Shown: one piece after another, positions 29,771-39,115 of the stretch
How the letters are laid out: each line of letters begins with the position of its first letter
Position numbering within the stretch: position 1 is the first letter of the stretch
Virus record (IMG/VR): IMGVR_UViG_3300006149_000031
Length of the DNA stretch: 42,085 bases
Source: a virus
Strand: one strand, 5' to 3'
Made by a program: the position numbers and the translations under genes
The notes under the pieces: model-generated
Seen by the model: only the letters and a program-made list of their open reading frames with translations
Database searches by the model: none
What the model was told of the DNA's origin: nothing

Positions 29771-32700
29771 TGCGTATCAACAGCTAAAAACTCAAGGGGG
29801 CGGTCCCCGGAAACCCGGATGCCAAACCGCACATCCCGCCTCCACATGGCGGACGGAAGCACCTCATGCCATCCCCGTTCCATCGTCCTGGTCTTGCTCA
29901 ACCGGTCCCAGGCGCTCCCGTCATTGGACACCTCAATACCGGCCGGGGCCGTATCGGAAGCAAAAAACACGCGCACGGCCGCGGCCTGTCTATCCCTGCC
30001 CAGGGACTCCGCCACATCCAGCGCATTCGTCACCACCGTGGACGTAAAATCCCACGCGCCGGCATCCACAAACGGGCCGTCCGGATCAAACACCTCCACA
30101 AACCGCCCATCCTCACGCTCCACGGACACAAACAGCAAATCCTCCCCGGTCCCATTGGGCAGCACCACGGCGTTGGACATCCGCCCCTCCGTCCTGTGAC
30201 GGTGCCAGGCATGCACCTGGTGCATGCTATTATAAGTCATCAGCGCCAGCGTGCCGTCCGCCAGGGTCATCACCGCCCGCGGGTGGGGCTTCCTCATAAA
30301 ATCCCCGGAAGTAACCCCGCCGCCGCCGGCCAGCACATGATCGGCGAACACCGTCAAATCGCGGGACACAAACCCGTCGCTCTCATAATCATACCCGTAC
30401 TGATACACCCGTCCGCCGCCCCTCTCCACATACAGCACCTTATCGGTCGCCATCAGGGCCGGCACATCGGAAGACCCCACAAACCCGTGGCTGTCCGCCC
30501 GCGCGTTGGCGTAAGTCATCACCCCCTGGCCCCCGGACACCGTCCACTCCGCGTCCGCCGTCCCCAGCAGCAGCTGGGAACTCTGCGCCATCAGCCAGCA
30601 AATCCTGTTCTGCGTTGTGGTGCTCAACGTCAAAGCCAGCGCGGAATCATCCTGCTTCCCCACCTCGAAACTGTTGAGGTCATCCGTCTTGCTCAACCAC
30701 ACCGTCTGCGGCTGGGCCTGCGTAGCGGCCAACACCAGGCGCTGCTGAAACACATCCACCAGGGAAGGAAACCCGTACACCCCCCGGAACGCCGCGAAAC
30801 TCCACATCAACGACTCCCCGGACGGAGGAACCCCCTCCGGAACCGCGGAAACATTATCCCAAAGAGAATACTCCGCGGAAGCCGTCACCTCGGCAGCCTC
30901 CGCCTCCATCCACGCCGTGCAGGCCGGCACCTCCACCCGCACCCGGGAACGCAACTTCACATTACTCTCCGTCCATGCCTGTACGCTAATCAAAAACAAA
31001 CCATCCTCCGGCACCGTGTAAGACGCCTCCTCCATCGCGCTGAACACCTCCGCATACCTGCCGCCGGACATCCCCTTGATCGTGGAAGGCAGCACAATCT
31101 CCATCCCCGACTGGACAGACCTCCATCCCTGCAGCGTCACCACCGTACCCGCCGTTAAAAAACGGCTCATGAAAATGCTGGCCGCATTCCCGTTCCCGCT
31201 CTTATTGACGGACTCCGCCGCCTGCGTCCACTCCAGGCGCACCATGCTCCCGGCGCCCACATCATCCGTCGTCAGCCCCCTGGGCCTCACCGTCAGCGTC
31301 CGCCCCTCTCTGGACAACGGACACTCCCCGGAAAAACGCTCCCCGTCAACCACCAGGGCATTCACTGCGGGCAACCCGGCATACACGCAATAATCATACG
31401 CATCGCCCTCCAAAGGCAGCGTCAACTTCAACACGTCGCTGGTGGACAACCCCGCCGCGGACATCTCCTCCCGGACTTCCGGCTTCACCACCCCGGAAGC
31501 CACCCCGGAAAACTCCGCCTGACACTCGGCAGCCTCCAGCGTACTGCCCTTATCATGAACAACCTTAACCGTATAAAACCCGCTGGCCGGCGCGGTATAC
31601 ACATCCGCACTGCTCTTCCAAACCGTCGTAAACTGCGCATCCCCGGCGGACCAGGCCGTCAACCGAACCACCGCGCCCTCACCCATTCCGGTCAGGGCGT
31701 TCCCCGTCACATTCACGTCAAACCTCGCCCCGGCTGGCCAAAAATCCGTCCTCATCCCGCGGGCGTCCAGCGTCACGGCCCCGGATTTGCGCGGCTCCGT
31801 CCAGGCAAACCGGACCGTCTTCCCGTCCTCCAGCGCATCCGCGGGCAGCCCCCTGGGCGTCACGTCAACACCGTCGGGCCCCAGCGTCAGCACGGCGGAC
31901 GCCCCCGGAACCTCCACCTCATCCACCCACACGCGGCTTGCCCGGATGGAAGACGCCGTACAGGTCAGGAAATGCCGCAACGCCGGCGTGGCGGGAACCG
32001 AAAACCGCTGTATGGAAGCAGGCCGGGAGCCGGAACGCAGCCGCAGCACCACATCCTTCTTATAAGCATCCACCACCAGCTTATTCCCGCAGCTGTCCGG
32101 AGGAAACCCCTGGCTGGGATCGGAACCGCTGGAAAGCCGGGACTCATACAACATCAGGCGCAGGTAGCACTCCTCTTCGCTCTCGTCCCCGGTAATCTGC
32201 AAATTGGAAGCCGAGCCAACCATGGAAGTGGACGTCCCCAGCAGCTGCCAATCCTCATCGGGAAAACGCCGCTCCACGGCATACGTGCCGTACCACTCCT
32301 TACTGCACCAAAACTTCCATGTCCCCTTGCAGGTAATCGTATTGGAATGGCAAATCACGCCCTTATGAAAATGCTCCGGATAATCCGCCGGAGACGTCAG
32401 GCCGTCCACAAAATCCGCCGCCCCGTTAAAATCCCTGTCGCACGTCCACCAGGACCAATAACTCCCCTCATTGAGGCAGAGCTTTTTCCCAGCCGTGAAA
32501 GCGCTGGCCGCCGTAAACGCCCCGGCAACCACCCAGCCCTGGCGAATCACGGCCCCCGTGCTGAACCCGGTCTGCTGGGGCACCGTCACCTGGACGCGCA
32601 TCACATCCCCCTCATTCACCGCCGCGTCCGCATCGGACGCATGCTCCCCGAAAGACACCCTGTAACACCCCTCATCCAGCGTCAGGCGCACCGGAAAATC

Positions 32701-33156
32701 CCGGAACTCCTCATACCGCCAGGGGCGGGCCTTAAACTCATAGGGCGCCAGGGAAAACATGCCCTCGTCATCCCGTCTCAGCACCATCAGCTCATGCGTA
32801 GGGCAGGCCAGAAACAACATGCTGTTCACCTGCTTGTGGCGCAGGGCGGCAACGTCAGCCGCCGTCCACACGGAAGGCAGGGAGGCAACCACATCCCCCT
32901 CAACGGACAACACGCGCAGCAGAGAAGGAGCCACCTCCACAAGAAAACGGTCATTGGTGGAATAAACATAGGGAAGAAGAAGGGAACCCTCCAAAGCGGC
33001 GGCCACCCTCCTCATCCCGTGCCGCCGGGAAACTCCCCCCGTTTGGGAAACATCCACATTCTCCAGCACGGACGCCCCGCGATGATAAACATCCAGATCC
33101 GGACGCGCGGCAATCCCGGGCGAAAGCTCGCCTCCATTAAAGGAAATCCTCTTCAT
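29767..33156 (-). CDS. Large tail/nozzle protein (tail tubular protein B-like), 1129 aa
   Basis: Start at MKRISFNGGELSPGIAARPDLDVYHRGASVLENVDVSQTGGVSRRHGMRRV (ATG 33156), an N-terminal pattern typical of podovirus tail/nozzle proteins. ATGA overlap with terL. A late motif lies 36 nt upstream. Confidence 0.55.
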   Translation of the reverse strand: MKRISFNGGELSPGIAARPDLDVYHRGASVLENVDVSQTGGVSRRHGMRRVAAALEGSLLLPYVYSTNDRFLVEVAPSLLRVLSVEGDVVASLPSVWTAADVAALRHKQVNSMLFLACPTHELMVLRRDDEGMFSLAPYEFKARPWRYEEFRDFPVRLTLDEGCYRVSFGEHASDADAAVNEGDVMRVQVTVPQQTGFSTGAVIRQGWVVAGAFTAASAFTAGKKLCLNEGSYWSWWTCDRDFNGAADFVDGLTSPADYPEHFHKGVICHSNTITCKGTWKFWCSKEWYGTYAVERRFPDEDWQLLGTSTSMVGSASNLQITGDESEEECYLRLMLYESRLSSGSDPSQGFPPDSCGNKLVVDAYKKDVVLRLRSGSRPASIQRFSVPATPALRHFLTCTASSIRASRVWVDEVEVPGASAVLTLGPDGVDVTPRGLPADALEDGKTVRFAWTEPRKSGAVTLDARGMRTDFWPAGARFDVNVTGNALTGMGEGAVVRLTAWSAGDAQFTTVWKSSADVYTAPASGFYTVKVVHDKGSTLEAAECQAEFSGVASGVVKPEVREEMSAAGLSTSDVLKLTLPLEGDAYDYCVYAGLPAVNALVVDGERFSGECPLSREGRTLTVRPRGLTTDDVGAGSMVRLEWTQAAESVNKSGNGNAASIFMSRFLTAGTVVTLQGWRSVQSGMEIVLPSTIKGMSGGRYAEVFSAMEEASYTVPEDGLFLISVQAWTESNVKLRSRVRVEVPACTAWMEAEAAEVTASAEYSLWDNVSAVPEGVPPSGESLMWSFAAFRGVYGFPSLVDVFQQRLVLAATQAQPQTVWLSKTDDLNSFEVGKQDDSALALTLSTTTQNRICWLMAQSSQLLLGTADAEWTVSGGQGVMTYANARADSHGFVGSSDVPALMATDKVLYVERGGGRVYQYGYDYESDGFVSRDLTVFADHVLAGGGGVTSGDFMRKPHPRAVMTLADGTLALMTYNSMHQVHAWHRHRTEGRMSNAVVLPNGTGEDLLFVSVEREDGRFVEVFDPDGPFVDAGAWDFTSTVVTNALDVAESLGRDRQAAAVRVFFASDTAPAGIEVSNDGSAWDRLSKTRTMERGWHEVLPSAMWRRDVRFGIRVSGDRPLEFLAVDTQ

Positions 33157-33191
33157 TTCCCCTGAACATAACCCAGGGCGTTCAACCGGGG

Positions 33192-33222
33192 CAAGTTGGC
33201 GAAAATCAACGTTTCTTCTCCG
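33192..33222 (-). promoter_or_regulatory. Late-motif copy (gene sense CGTTGATTTTCGCCAACTTG), 36 nt upstream of ATG 33156
   Basis: Intergenic, immediately downstream (in gene sense) of a strong terminator. Confidence 0.55.
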
Positions 33223-33228
33223 GAACAG

Positions 33229-33260
33229 CAAAAAGGGCCGCCTCCATGCAGAGACGGCCC
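33229..33260 (-). terminator. Rho-independent terminator after the capsid/decoration genes
   Basis: Minus sense GGGCCGTCTC-tgcatg-GAGGCGGCCC followed by TTTTTG. Confidence 0.65.
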
Positions 33261-33285
33261 TATGGACAAACCGACGGAAAAAAAA

Positions 33286-33741
33286 CTACTGAATACCGTA
33301 AGCAATAGCAAAAACAAGCTTCTTGCCGGCGGTCACCGCCGGTGTTCCGCCCACCTTCGCGTAAACCATCGTCACAGCATCCACCGGCCCCGTGGAAACC
33401 GCCTGGGAACCCTTCGTCAACTGATAAGTCCCGGCGGCGGTCACGGTCAGGGAGGCGGAAAAAGCATCCGCCGCCTCCTTCGTTCCCACGGTCAGCTGCA
33501 GCGTCCCCACGCCTTCGGAAACGACATGGGAAAGCTGCGGCAGCACGCGGGCTCCACAGGGAACATTGCAAATGGCGATCAGGTCATCGGCCGCCAGGGA
33601 CGCGGGCATGATGAACTCCGCCGTAGCCACATGGACCCCGGCGCCGGTATGGATGGCCGCCAGCTGCGGCACCGTCGGCAGGCCGGTCCGATCCGCAAGG
33701 GCAAGCTGTTTCTCTGCAATAACTGTTTGATACGTTGCCAT
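33286..33741 (-). CDS. Head decoration / minor capsid protein (DUF2190-like)
   Basis: 151 aa from MATYQTVIAEKQ.. (ATG 33741), directly after the capsid gene, with Ala/Gly/Val/Thr-rich beta-type composition. Confidence 0.45.
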   Translation of the reverse strand: MATYQTVIAEKQLALADRTGLPTVPQLAAIHTGAGVHVATAEFIMPASLAADDLIAICNVPCGARVLPQLSHVVSEGVGTLQLTVGTKEAADAFSASLTVTAAGTYQLTKGSQAVSTGPVDAVTMVYAKVGGTPAVTAGKKLVFAIAYGIQ

Positions 33742-33773
33742 AATCAATAAAATAAAATGTGTTGTTATCCTAA

Positions 33774-34742
33774 TTAAGAAAGCTGCTTGCACTTAATCTG
33801 CACAAACGCCTCTTCGCGCATGCGGGTGGCTCCCATAATCGTCTTAAGGCCGATCTGGATCGTGTCCTCCTTATCGGAGCGCTTCTCCACCGTCACCTTA
33901 TTCTGCTTCCAAGAACCGAAATACAGGGAATTCTTCATCCACATCGGGCAAATGATATCCCCGTCCTCGTCAAGCGGCAAATTGGGAGCAATGATAAACT
34001 GAATCCCCATAATCGGATCCAGGGCGCCGTTGCTCTTGCGCAGGGAGGAAAAACCGAAATCCGCCTTCTGCAGACGCTCGTCATTAATCAGGGCCTCGCG
34101 CATGCGGGGAGTAATCGCGCAGCACACCTGGTCGCCGTAGGCATTGGAAGCATCATCCAGAATCCCGTTCTCCTGCAGCAGCGTAATACCACGGTTCAGC
34201 TTCTCAATCGTCAGCGGGCAATCCTTAGCCGTGCCGCCGGTATAATCGACTGCCACCACATTAGCCTCCAGCAATTCCAGCTGTTCCATGCCGTCATTGC
34301 CGGCAAACGCCGTCCCGAAAATGCCGCCCTTGGACGGCACATATACCCCTCCCTGCTTCTTCAGGCCGAACAAAACATCGTCCATCTTGCGGGCAGCCGC
34401 GTACTTCAGCGCGTTAATCGTCTGCGTCACGGGAGCGTCCAGGCCGTGCAGGAAAATATCGTCATCCTCATCATAGCCCAAATGCTTCGAAAAACTAACC
34501 GGCAGCATCCGGCGCTTGAAATAATCAAGCTCGTCCAACACAATATCCTGCATCCGGCCCTGCTTCTCATTCAGCTCCGTAGTACCGACAAAACTGAACT
34601 CCTGGAGCTTGCCCGTCAAACCGGACTTGATCACGCAGAAACGTTCCAGGCGGGACGTAGCCTGCTGAACCTGCTCCTGCCACTGGTTATCGTAAGTCTC
34701 CTGATAAAGATCGGAGATGGGTAAAGTGTAATTACTTGGCAT
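33774..34742 (-). CDS. Major capsid protein
   Basis: 322 aa from MPSNYTLPISDLYQ.. (ATG 34742). Size and position follow the scaffold gene, with the integrase cassette intervening. A late motif lies 33 nt upstream. Confidence 0.65.
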   Translation of the reverse strand: MPSNYTLPISDLYQETYDNQWQEQVQQATSRLERFCVIKSGLTGKLQEFSFVGTTELNEKQGRMQDIVLDELDYFKRRMLPVSFSKHLGYDEDDDIFLHGLDAPVTQTINALKYAAARKMDDVLFGLKKQGGVYVPSKGGIFGTAFAGNDGMEQLELLEANVVAVDYTGGTAKDCPLTIEKLNRGITLLQENGILDDASNAYGDQVCCAITPRMREALINDERLQKADFGFSSLRKSNGALDPIMGIQFIIAPNLPLDEDGDIICPMWMKNSLYFGSWKQNKVTVEKRSDKEDTIQIGLKTIMGATRMREEAFVQIKCKQLS

Positions 34743-34774
34743 GCTTCCATCAGGGGACAGAAACCGCACATTTG

Positions 34775-34800
34775 CAAGTTGCCGAGTGTCAATTCAGTTG
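34775..34800 (-). promoter_or_regulatory. Late-motif copy (gene sense AATTGACACTCGGCAACTTG), 33 nt upstream of the capsid ATG
   Basis: The most diverged of the five copies, but it keeps the invariant TTGA..TC..CAA.TTG positions and the same spacing. Confidence 0.5.
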
Positions 34801-34839
34801 CAGAATCTCCAATTCGGCATCTTGTCTCTGTCATACAGA

Positions 34840-35027
34840 CGTTACAGAAGTGTTACAAATTGAAGCAAATTATTTATAGAAATAAACTTAACACCCACTC
34901 TCTCCGCCAAAAGTTTCTGTAAGAAAACCTACGTAAACCTTGATAACGTAGGGGATTATGAATAAGGTTCGTGTAGGTTTTCTTACGCGAACCTTATTAC
35001 AAAACCATTACAGAAGATATTACAGGT
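34840..35027. promoter_or_regulatory. Candidate attP / integrase control region
   Basis: TTACAGAAG occurs at 34842 and 35008, with further TTACA(A/G) copies at 34853, 34996 and 35020. Nested inverted repeats: GTAAGAAAACCTAC 34919..34932 / GTAGGTTTTCTTAC 34973..34986; CCTACGT 34928 / ACGTAGG 34946; AATAAGGTTCG 34961..34971 / CGAACCTTATT 34988..34998. Confidence 0.45.
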
Positions 35028-36167
35028 ATGAGCAAACCTTTTTACAAGGGGCGTCTGTCCATCAACAAGGAAAAATCCTCGCCCTACTGGATGGTGACAT
35101 TTCAGGGGCCGGACGGCAAGATGAAGCGCCGTTCCACGAAAGTTCCTGTGAATGGCGGCGAGTTCGAGGGAGACCGCATCACGGCCAAGCTGGCGGAACG
35201 TATCGCCTACCAGCGGGGCGTGCAGATAGCCTGCGCGGAAGCGGAAGAATACCAGGTGCACAACAATGTTTCCGTGCGGACTTGGTGTGACGGATTTGTT
35301 GGGCGCAAGGCGGCTCTTGTCTCCGAACAGACGGCCTACAATGCCAGAACCGCCTGCAAGCATTTTTACGAGTATCTGGGGGCGCGGGCGAACGCCCCCC
35401 TTCGCCTGATCACCAAGGCGGACATCAAAGGCTTTGTGGCGGCTCGCCGCGAACTGGTGCGGCAAAAGACTGTGTACAAGGATATGTCCGTTCTTTCCCA
35501 GGCATTCGCGGATGCCGTGGATTCAGAAGTAATTGACCGCAATCCGTGCGCCGGCGTTTCCATTCCCCCGGACCGTGCCGGGGAAAAGCTGCACAAGGAA
35601 GCCTTCACACTCGACGAGATCCGCTACATGATTGAGCATTTCCCGCCCCTGTGGAGTTCCGCGGTACGCTGCTCGTTTGAAACCTACGGCCAGCGGCTGG
35701 GGGATATTCTGCGCCTCAACTGGAATCAGTTTGACTGGGAACGCCGCATCGTGCGCTTTGACACGGGCAAAACGGGGCGCTGGATGGACCAGCCCATGAG
35801 AGAAGGCTTTTACCAATGGGCGCTTGCCCGCTGGAAGGAAGCGGGGGAACCGGCGGATGAACTACTTCACGCGCCCCTGCTGGCCCTGGGGGATGGCGCG
35901 TCCTATCAATTCGGCCTCCTGTTGCGCACCCATGGCATCGGCGTGGTGCATGGAGCGGCCGGCGGCCGCAGAAGGAGGATGAACAGCAAGTCCTTCCACA
36001 GCATTCGGGCCACGGCGGCCACGTTGTTGCAGGCATCAGGCGTATCGCAGGGGCTGGCCATGGAGCTGGTGGGGCATGACTCTTCCGCCGTGCATAGCGT
36101 GTACATCCGCCCCTCCGTGGATCAGCTGCGCTCCGCTGCGGAATCCCTACCGGAACTTCTTCCTTAA
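35028..36167 (+). CDS. int: Tyrosine integrase
   Basis: 379 aa with catalytic signature GQRLGDILRL (Arg), FHSIRATAAT (H-x-x-R) and LVGHDSSAVHSVYIR (His, Tyr). Confidence 0.9.
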   Translation: MSKPFYKGRLSINKEKSSPYWMVTFQGPDGKMKRRSTKVPVNGGEFEGDRITAKLAERIAYQRGVQIACAEAEEYQVHNNVSVRTWCDGFVGRKAALVSEQTAYNARTACKHFYEYLGARANAPLRLITKADIKGFVAARRELVRQKTVYKDMSVLSQAFADAVDSEVIDRNPCAGVSIPPDRAGEKLHKEAFTLDEIRYMIEHFPPLWSSAVRCSFETYGQRLGDILRLNWNQFDWERRIVRFDTGKTGRWMDQPMREGFYQWALARWKEAGEPADELLHAPLLALGDGASYQFGLLLRTHGIGVVHGAAGGRRRRMNSKSFHSIRATAATLLQASGVSQGLAMELVGHDSSAVHSVYIRPSVDQLRSAAESLPELLP

Positions 36168-36199
36168 AAAAGCCCTGCTCCCAAAAAGGAAACAGGGCT
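36165..36199 (-). terminator. Rho-independent terminator after the scaffold gene (hairpin shared with the int 3' end)
   Basis: Minus sense AGCCCTG-15 nt-CAGGGCT followed by TTTTTT. Confidence 0.55.
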
Positions 36200-36220
36200 T
36201 GCTGGAAAAGCAATATCTGC

Positions 36221-36973
36221 TTACGCACCCATCAGTCGCATATACTTGGCCCTCACCTCGGCAAAACGCGGATGGTCGCAATCGTGGAATGCCGAATAAT
36301 CCGGGTGTTCCGGATCGTGCATCATGCGCCGGGCTTCGCCGCGGGCCTGCTGTTCCTGCCGTCCGGGAGGCGCCGGAAGAGCCGGCTCGTCCAGAATCCG
36401 GCCTACTGCATCCAGAATCCTGTACATGGCCGGATGATCGGCAATGCCCATCTCATTAAACACGCTCTGGTCGATACCGGCCATGCGGCACAACCTCCCG
36501 GCCATTTGAACGGCGCGCATCTGGCGTGCGTCGCTGTCCCGGCCCCACTCTCCATCCAGCTGTCTCCAGGCCTCTTCCATGGCGGCATCCTGCGCCTGCT
36601 TCTGTTCGGTCGCTTTGGCCGCCAGACGCGCATCCATATCCTTGATAAACGCGGAAAGCCCCTCGACAGGAAGCCCGTGGGCCTTGCCGGTCTCGGTCAG
36701 CAACTGCTGCAGCGTCTCGTCTCCAGAAAACGTATCATCGAACGTCAACACGTAATCCCCCTGGGAAGGCGGATCTCCCTGCGGAGAACCCGGATCCGAT
36801 GGGGGAGGAGGGTTCGGCTGCTCATCATCCGCCGGAGTCGGCTCCGGTGCAGGATTAGCCAGGCTGGGACGTCCGGAAGCGGAAGGGGCGGCGGAACCTC
36901 CTCCGCCACCGCCTCCATTCTCCGGAGCCTCTTCAAAAAGAAACCGGTTATGGTACAACTTAAATAAAATCAT
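36221..36973 (-). CDS. Scaffolding protein
   Basis: 250 aa from MILFKLYHNRF (ATG 36973). Has Gly7 and Pro-rich low-complexity regions followed by a charged helical region. Positioned just after the portal-associated genes. Confidence 0.5.
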   Translation of the reverse strand: MILFKLYHNRFLFEEAPENGGGGGGGSAAPSASGRPSLANPAPEPTPADDEQPNPPPPSDPGSPQGDPPSQGDYVLTFDDTFSGDETLQQLLTETGKAHGLPVEGLSAFIKDMDARLAAKATEQKQAQDAAMEEAWRQLDGEWGRDSDARQMRAVQMAGRLCRMAGIDQSVFNEMGIADHPAMYRILDAVGRILDEPALPAPPGRQEQQARGEARRMMHDPEHPDYSAFHDCDHPRFAEVRAKYMRLMGA

Positions 36974-36983
36974 GGTACTTCTT

Positions 36984-37235
36984 CTATATCTCTTCTTCTG
37001 GTTCGTAATGATTGCCCATGACCGCTTCGATGAACAAAACCACCTCGCGGTAGGCGTCTCGACGCATAGCGTCAAGGGGGTCGTAAGAACCGGCCTTCCC
37101 CTGGAAACAGGGAAGATCGGTCTGGAAATGTCTCTTCAGCTCCTCCAGGACTTCCGGATTCCTGAATGCTTCCCGGAAAATCCTTCTGCGGCGCTTCATG
37201 TACTGTTCGTACTTATTGGTGGGGTCTGTCTTCAT
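36984..37235 (-). CDS. Small Bbp19-like protein
   Basis: 83 aa. FREAFRNPEVLEELKRHFQTDLPCFQ..SYDPLDAMRRDAYREVVLFI resembles the BPP-1 Bbp19-type pattern as I remember it. ATGA overlap with the portal gene. Confidence 0.4.
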   Translation of the reverse strand: MKTDPTNKYEQYMKRRRRIFREAFRNPEVLEELKRHFQTDLPCFQGKAGSYDPLDAMRRDAYREVVLFIEAVMGNHYEPEEEI

Positions 37236-38881
37236 GTCGTTTGTAAAGCCTGCTGGGCCTGGGCATTATTCCTGTTAGCCACGGAGGACTGTTCGGCAAT
37301 GGCTGCCTGTATGGCCGCTTCCTGCTGATTCTTCCTTTCAGTCTCCTTCTCCTTCACCTCATCCTCTGTCGCCTTGCACTCCATCGGGGCGCCCTTGGAA
37401 TCGTAAATCAATTCCCCGGCCTTATTGAGATTCACAATATCCAGCAGCTCCGGTCGGCCGGTCATCTGCGACAAAGTGCCGATAGACTCAAGAGCCGTCA
37501 TCAAGCCGTCCGTCTGTGTACGTGCAATCGCCTGGGCAATCTTGCCCATGAACTGAACCTGGGGGACGGCCAGGCGTGTAGGAGCGCCCCGCCGGTTGAC
37601 CTCAAACACGCCCTGAACCGGCTCCGGAAGTTTCCCGGCGCGGTACAACAGGGCCATAATACGCTGGCACATCATCCTGAAATCGCTCACAAACAACGTA
37701 AAAGAAGGCGTAAACCCAAGCACCTTCTCGGCTTCCCGGGCCGCCACCTCCGTAGCCGTCATCTGGCGGTCGATGCGGGAAACGGTTTCCAGCATGGGAA
37801 CGTAAAAAGCCTCTTCAATCTTGGCGTACAGGCCCCGCAGGTATTCCAGCCCGATATCATACTCCCCTTGTGTGCCCCATTCGCGCGGCAAGCCAAGTTC
37901 CGCCGCTTCCGGAGAAATGACGGTCCTGCCTCCGGCGCGCAAATCCACCTCCCCATACTGCTCTGCCAGCAGGAAAAGCCTCGGATAAGCCTTTGTCTGT
38001 CCCAGCGTGTAAAGAATCTTCTCCATGTCGATAGCCATGCGGATCGTGCGCCGCGCGAACCATGCCGGTCCCACCCCGTAGGGGCTGTCTCCCCAGCGCA
38101 GAAAGCGCGTCACCAGAAACGGAAATTCGAAAAAACCGCTCTCAAACACAATCTTCTTATCGTCCAACGAAATAATGACGTCCTTCCACGCTCTCTTGCC
38201 AGGCGGCACATGGTCGGACAACAGCTTGCCCTGCGGGTTAGGCAGGACGCATTGCACAAACTCGAAAGAATCCGTATAGCGTCTCCTGGCATCCTTGAGC
38301 GCTCTCCGCACTTTTGGGCCCAGAGCCTCCTCCTTCCACTTCTGCGCCGCCTGGTGAGCCGTCAGCCGGAACCAGCGCACCAGCGTATCAACATCCCCTG
38401 ACTCCGACTCCGCGATAGCGTAAGTTCCCGTGGGAATGTGCCGGAAAATCAGCTGCCTGTTAATATTCATCTCGGCAAACATGCAGCCGGTTCCCGTCAG
38501 GCAGCGATCAAGGTAAACCTCATGAATCACTGAATAAAAATTGGAAACGGCAAGTTCCCGCTCCATCACCTCCGTAACCTTGCTGTACCAATCATTCAAA
38601 GCCTGATTCCCATCCTTATTAAAACCTACCGGGCGCAAGGTAAACCAGCGCCTGTCCAAAGGCGTAATATAAGTCAAATGGGCGGATGCCAGCTTCTTCA
38701 GGCTGTTATTGGCGACGTCGCTATGCTCCAATCCACCGCTGTGATCAGGTACGCGGTCGGGATAAGCGTTGCCCGTAGCCCTGGGCATGATAATACGGCG
38801 CATTTCATCCCAGCCGCCTTCAAAAGCGGCGCGTTCCGTGCGCAGATTATCTGCCAGGGAAATGTAATCGCGTACCTCCAT
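37232..38881 (-). CDS. Portal (head-to-tail connector) protein, podovirus type
   Basis: 549 aa. N-terminal ..RTERAAFEGGWDEMRRIIMPR.. and ..LTYITPLDRRWFTLRP.. fit the T7 gp8-like connector family. Confidence 0.75.
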   Translation of the reverse strand: MEVRDYISLADNLRTERAAFEGGWDEMRRIIMPRATGNAYPDRVPDHSGGLEHSDVANNSLKKLASAHLTYITPLDRRWFTLRPVGFNKDGNQALNDWYSKVTEVMERELAVSNFYSVIHEVYLDRCLTGTGCMFAEMNINRQLIFRHIPTGTYAIAESESGDVDTLVRWFRLTAHQAAQKWKEEALGPKVRRALKDARRRYTDSFEFVQCVLPNPQGKLLSDHVPPGKRAWKDVIISLDDKKIVFESGFFEFPFLVTRFLRWGDSPYGVGPAWFARRTIRMAIDMEKILYTLGQTKAYPRLFLLAEQYGEVDLRAGGRTVISPEAAELGLPREWGTQGEYDIGLEYLRGLYAKIEEAFYVPMLETVSRIDRQMTATEVAAREAEKVLGFTPSFTLFVSDFRMMCQRIMALLYRAGKLPEPVQGVFEVNRRGAPTRLAVPQVQFMGKIAQAIARTQTDGLMTALESIGTLSQMTGRPELLDIVNLNKAGELIYDSKGAPMECKATEDEVKEKETERKNQQEAAIQAAIAEQSSVANRNNAQAQQALQTT

Positions 38882-38886
38882 GGCTG

Positions 38887-39096
38887 CTATCCCAGGGTTT
38901 TGCGCAACGTGGACAAACCGCCGGACAGATTCGGATTATTCACCGTATCGGACAGCTTCAACCTGCGCTTACTTTTGGTCTGAACATCCTCCGAAGCATC
39001 GGAAACAGACTTCTCCGTAGCCGTCGGATTCAGCGGCTCTTCTACTACCGGCGGAGCCGGAGCCTGTGTCACTTTAGGTTTGAAAATAGATCCCAT
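38887..39096 (-). CDS. Small hypothetical protein upstream of the portal gene
   Basis: 69 aa from MGSIFKPKVTQAP (ATG 39096). The ORF-track start at 39171 overlaps the amidase gene. Confidence 0.4.
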   Translation of the reverse strand: MGSIFKPKVTQAPAPPVVEEPLNPTATEKSVSDASEDVQTKSKRRLKLSDTVNNPNLSGGLSTLRKTLG

Positions 39097-39115
39097 AACA
39101 ACTAATGGAAAACAA

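Noticed and set aside
27983-33165. Plus-strand ORFs of 738, 430 and 536 aa (27983..30199, 29866..31158, 31555..33165) opposite terL and the nozzle gene
   Set aside because: The same shadow-ORF explanation applies. They have R/P/H/Q-rich composition and overlap genes with clear terminase and tail motifs on the other strand.
34894-34909. cccactctctccgcca upstream of int as the 3' end of a tRNA (a typical attP core)
   Set aside because: No T-arm (GGTTCRANYC-like) or acceptor-stem partner can be folded around it on either strand. No full tRNA is present anywhere in the window.
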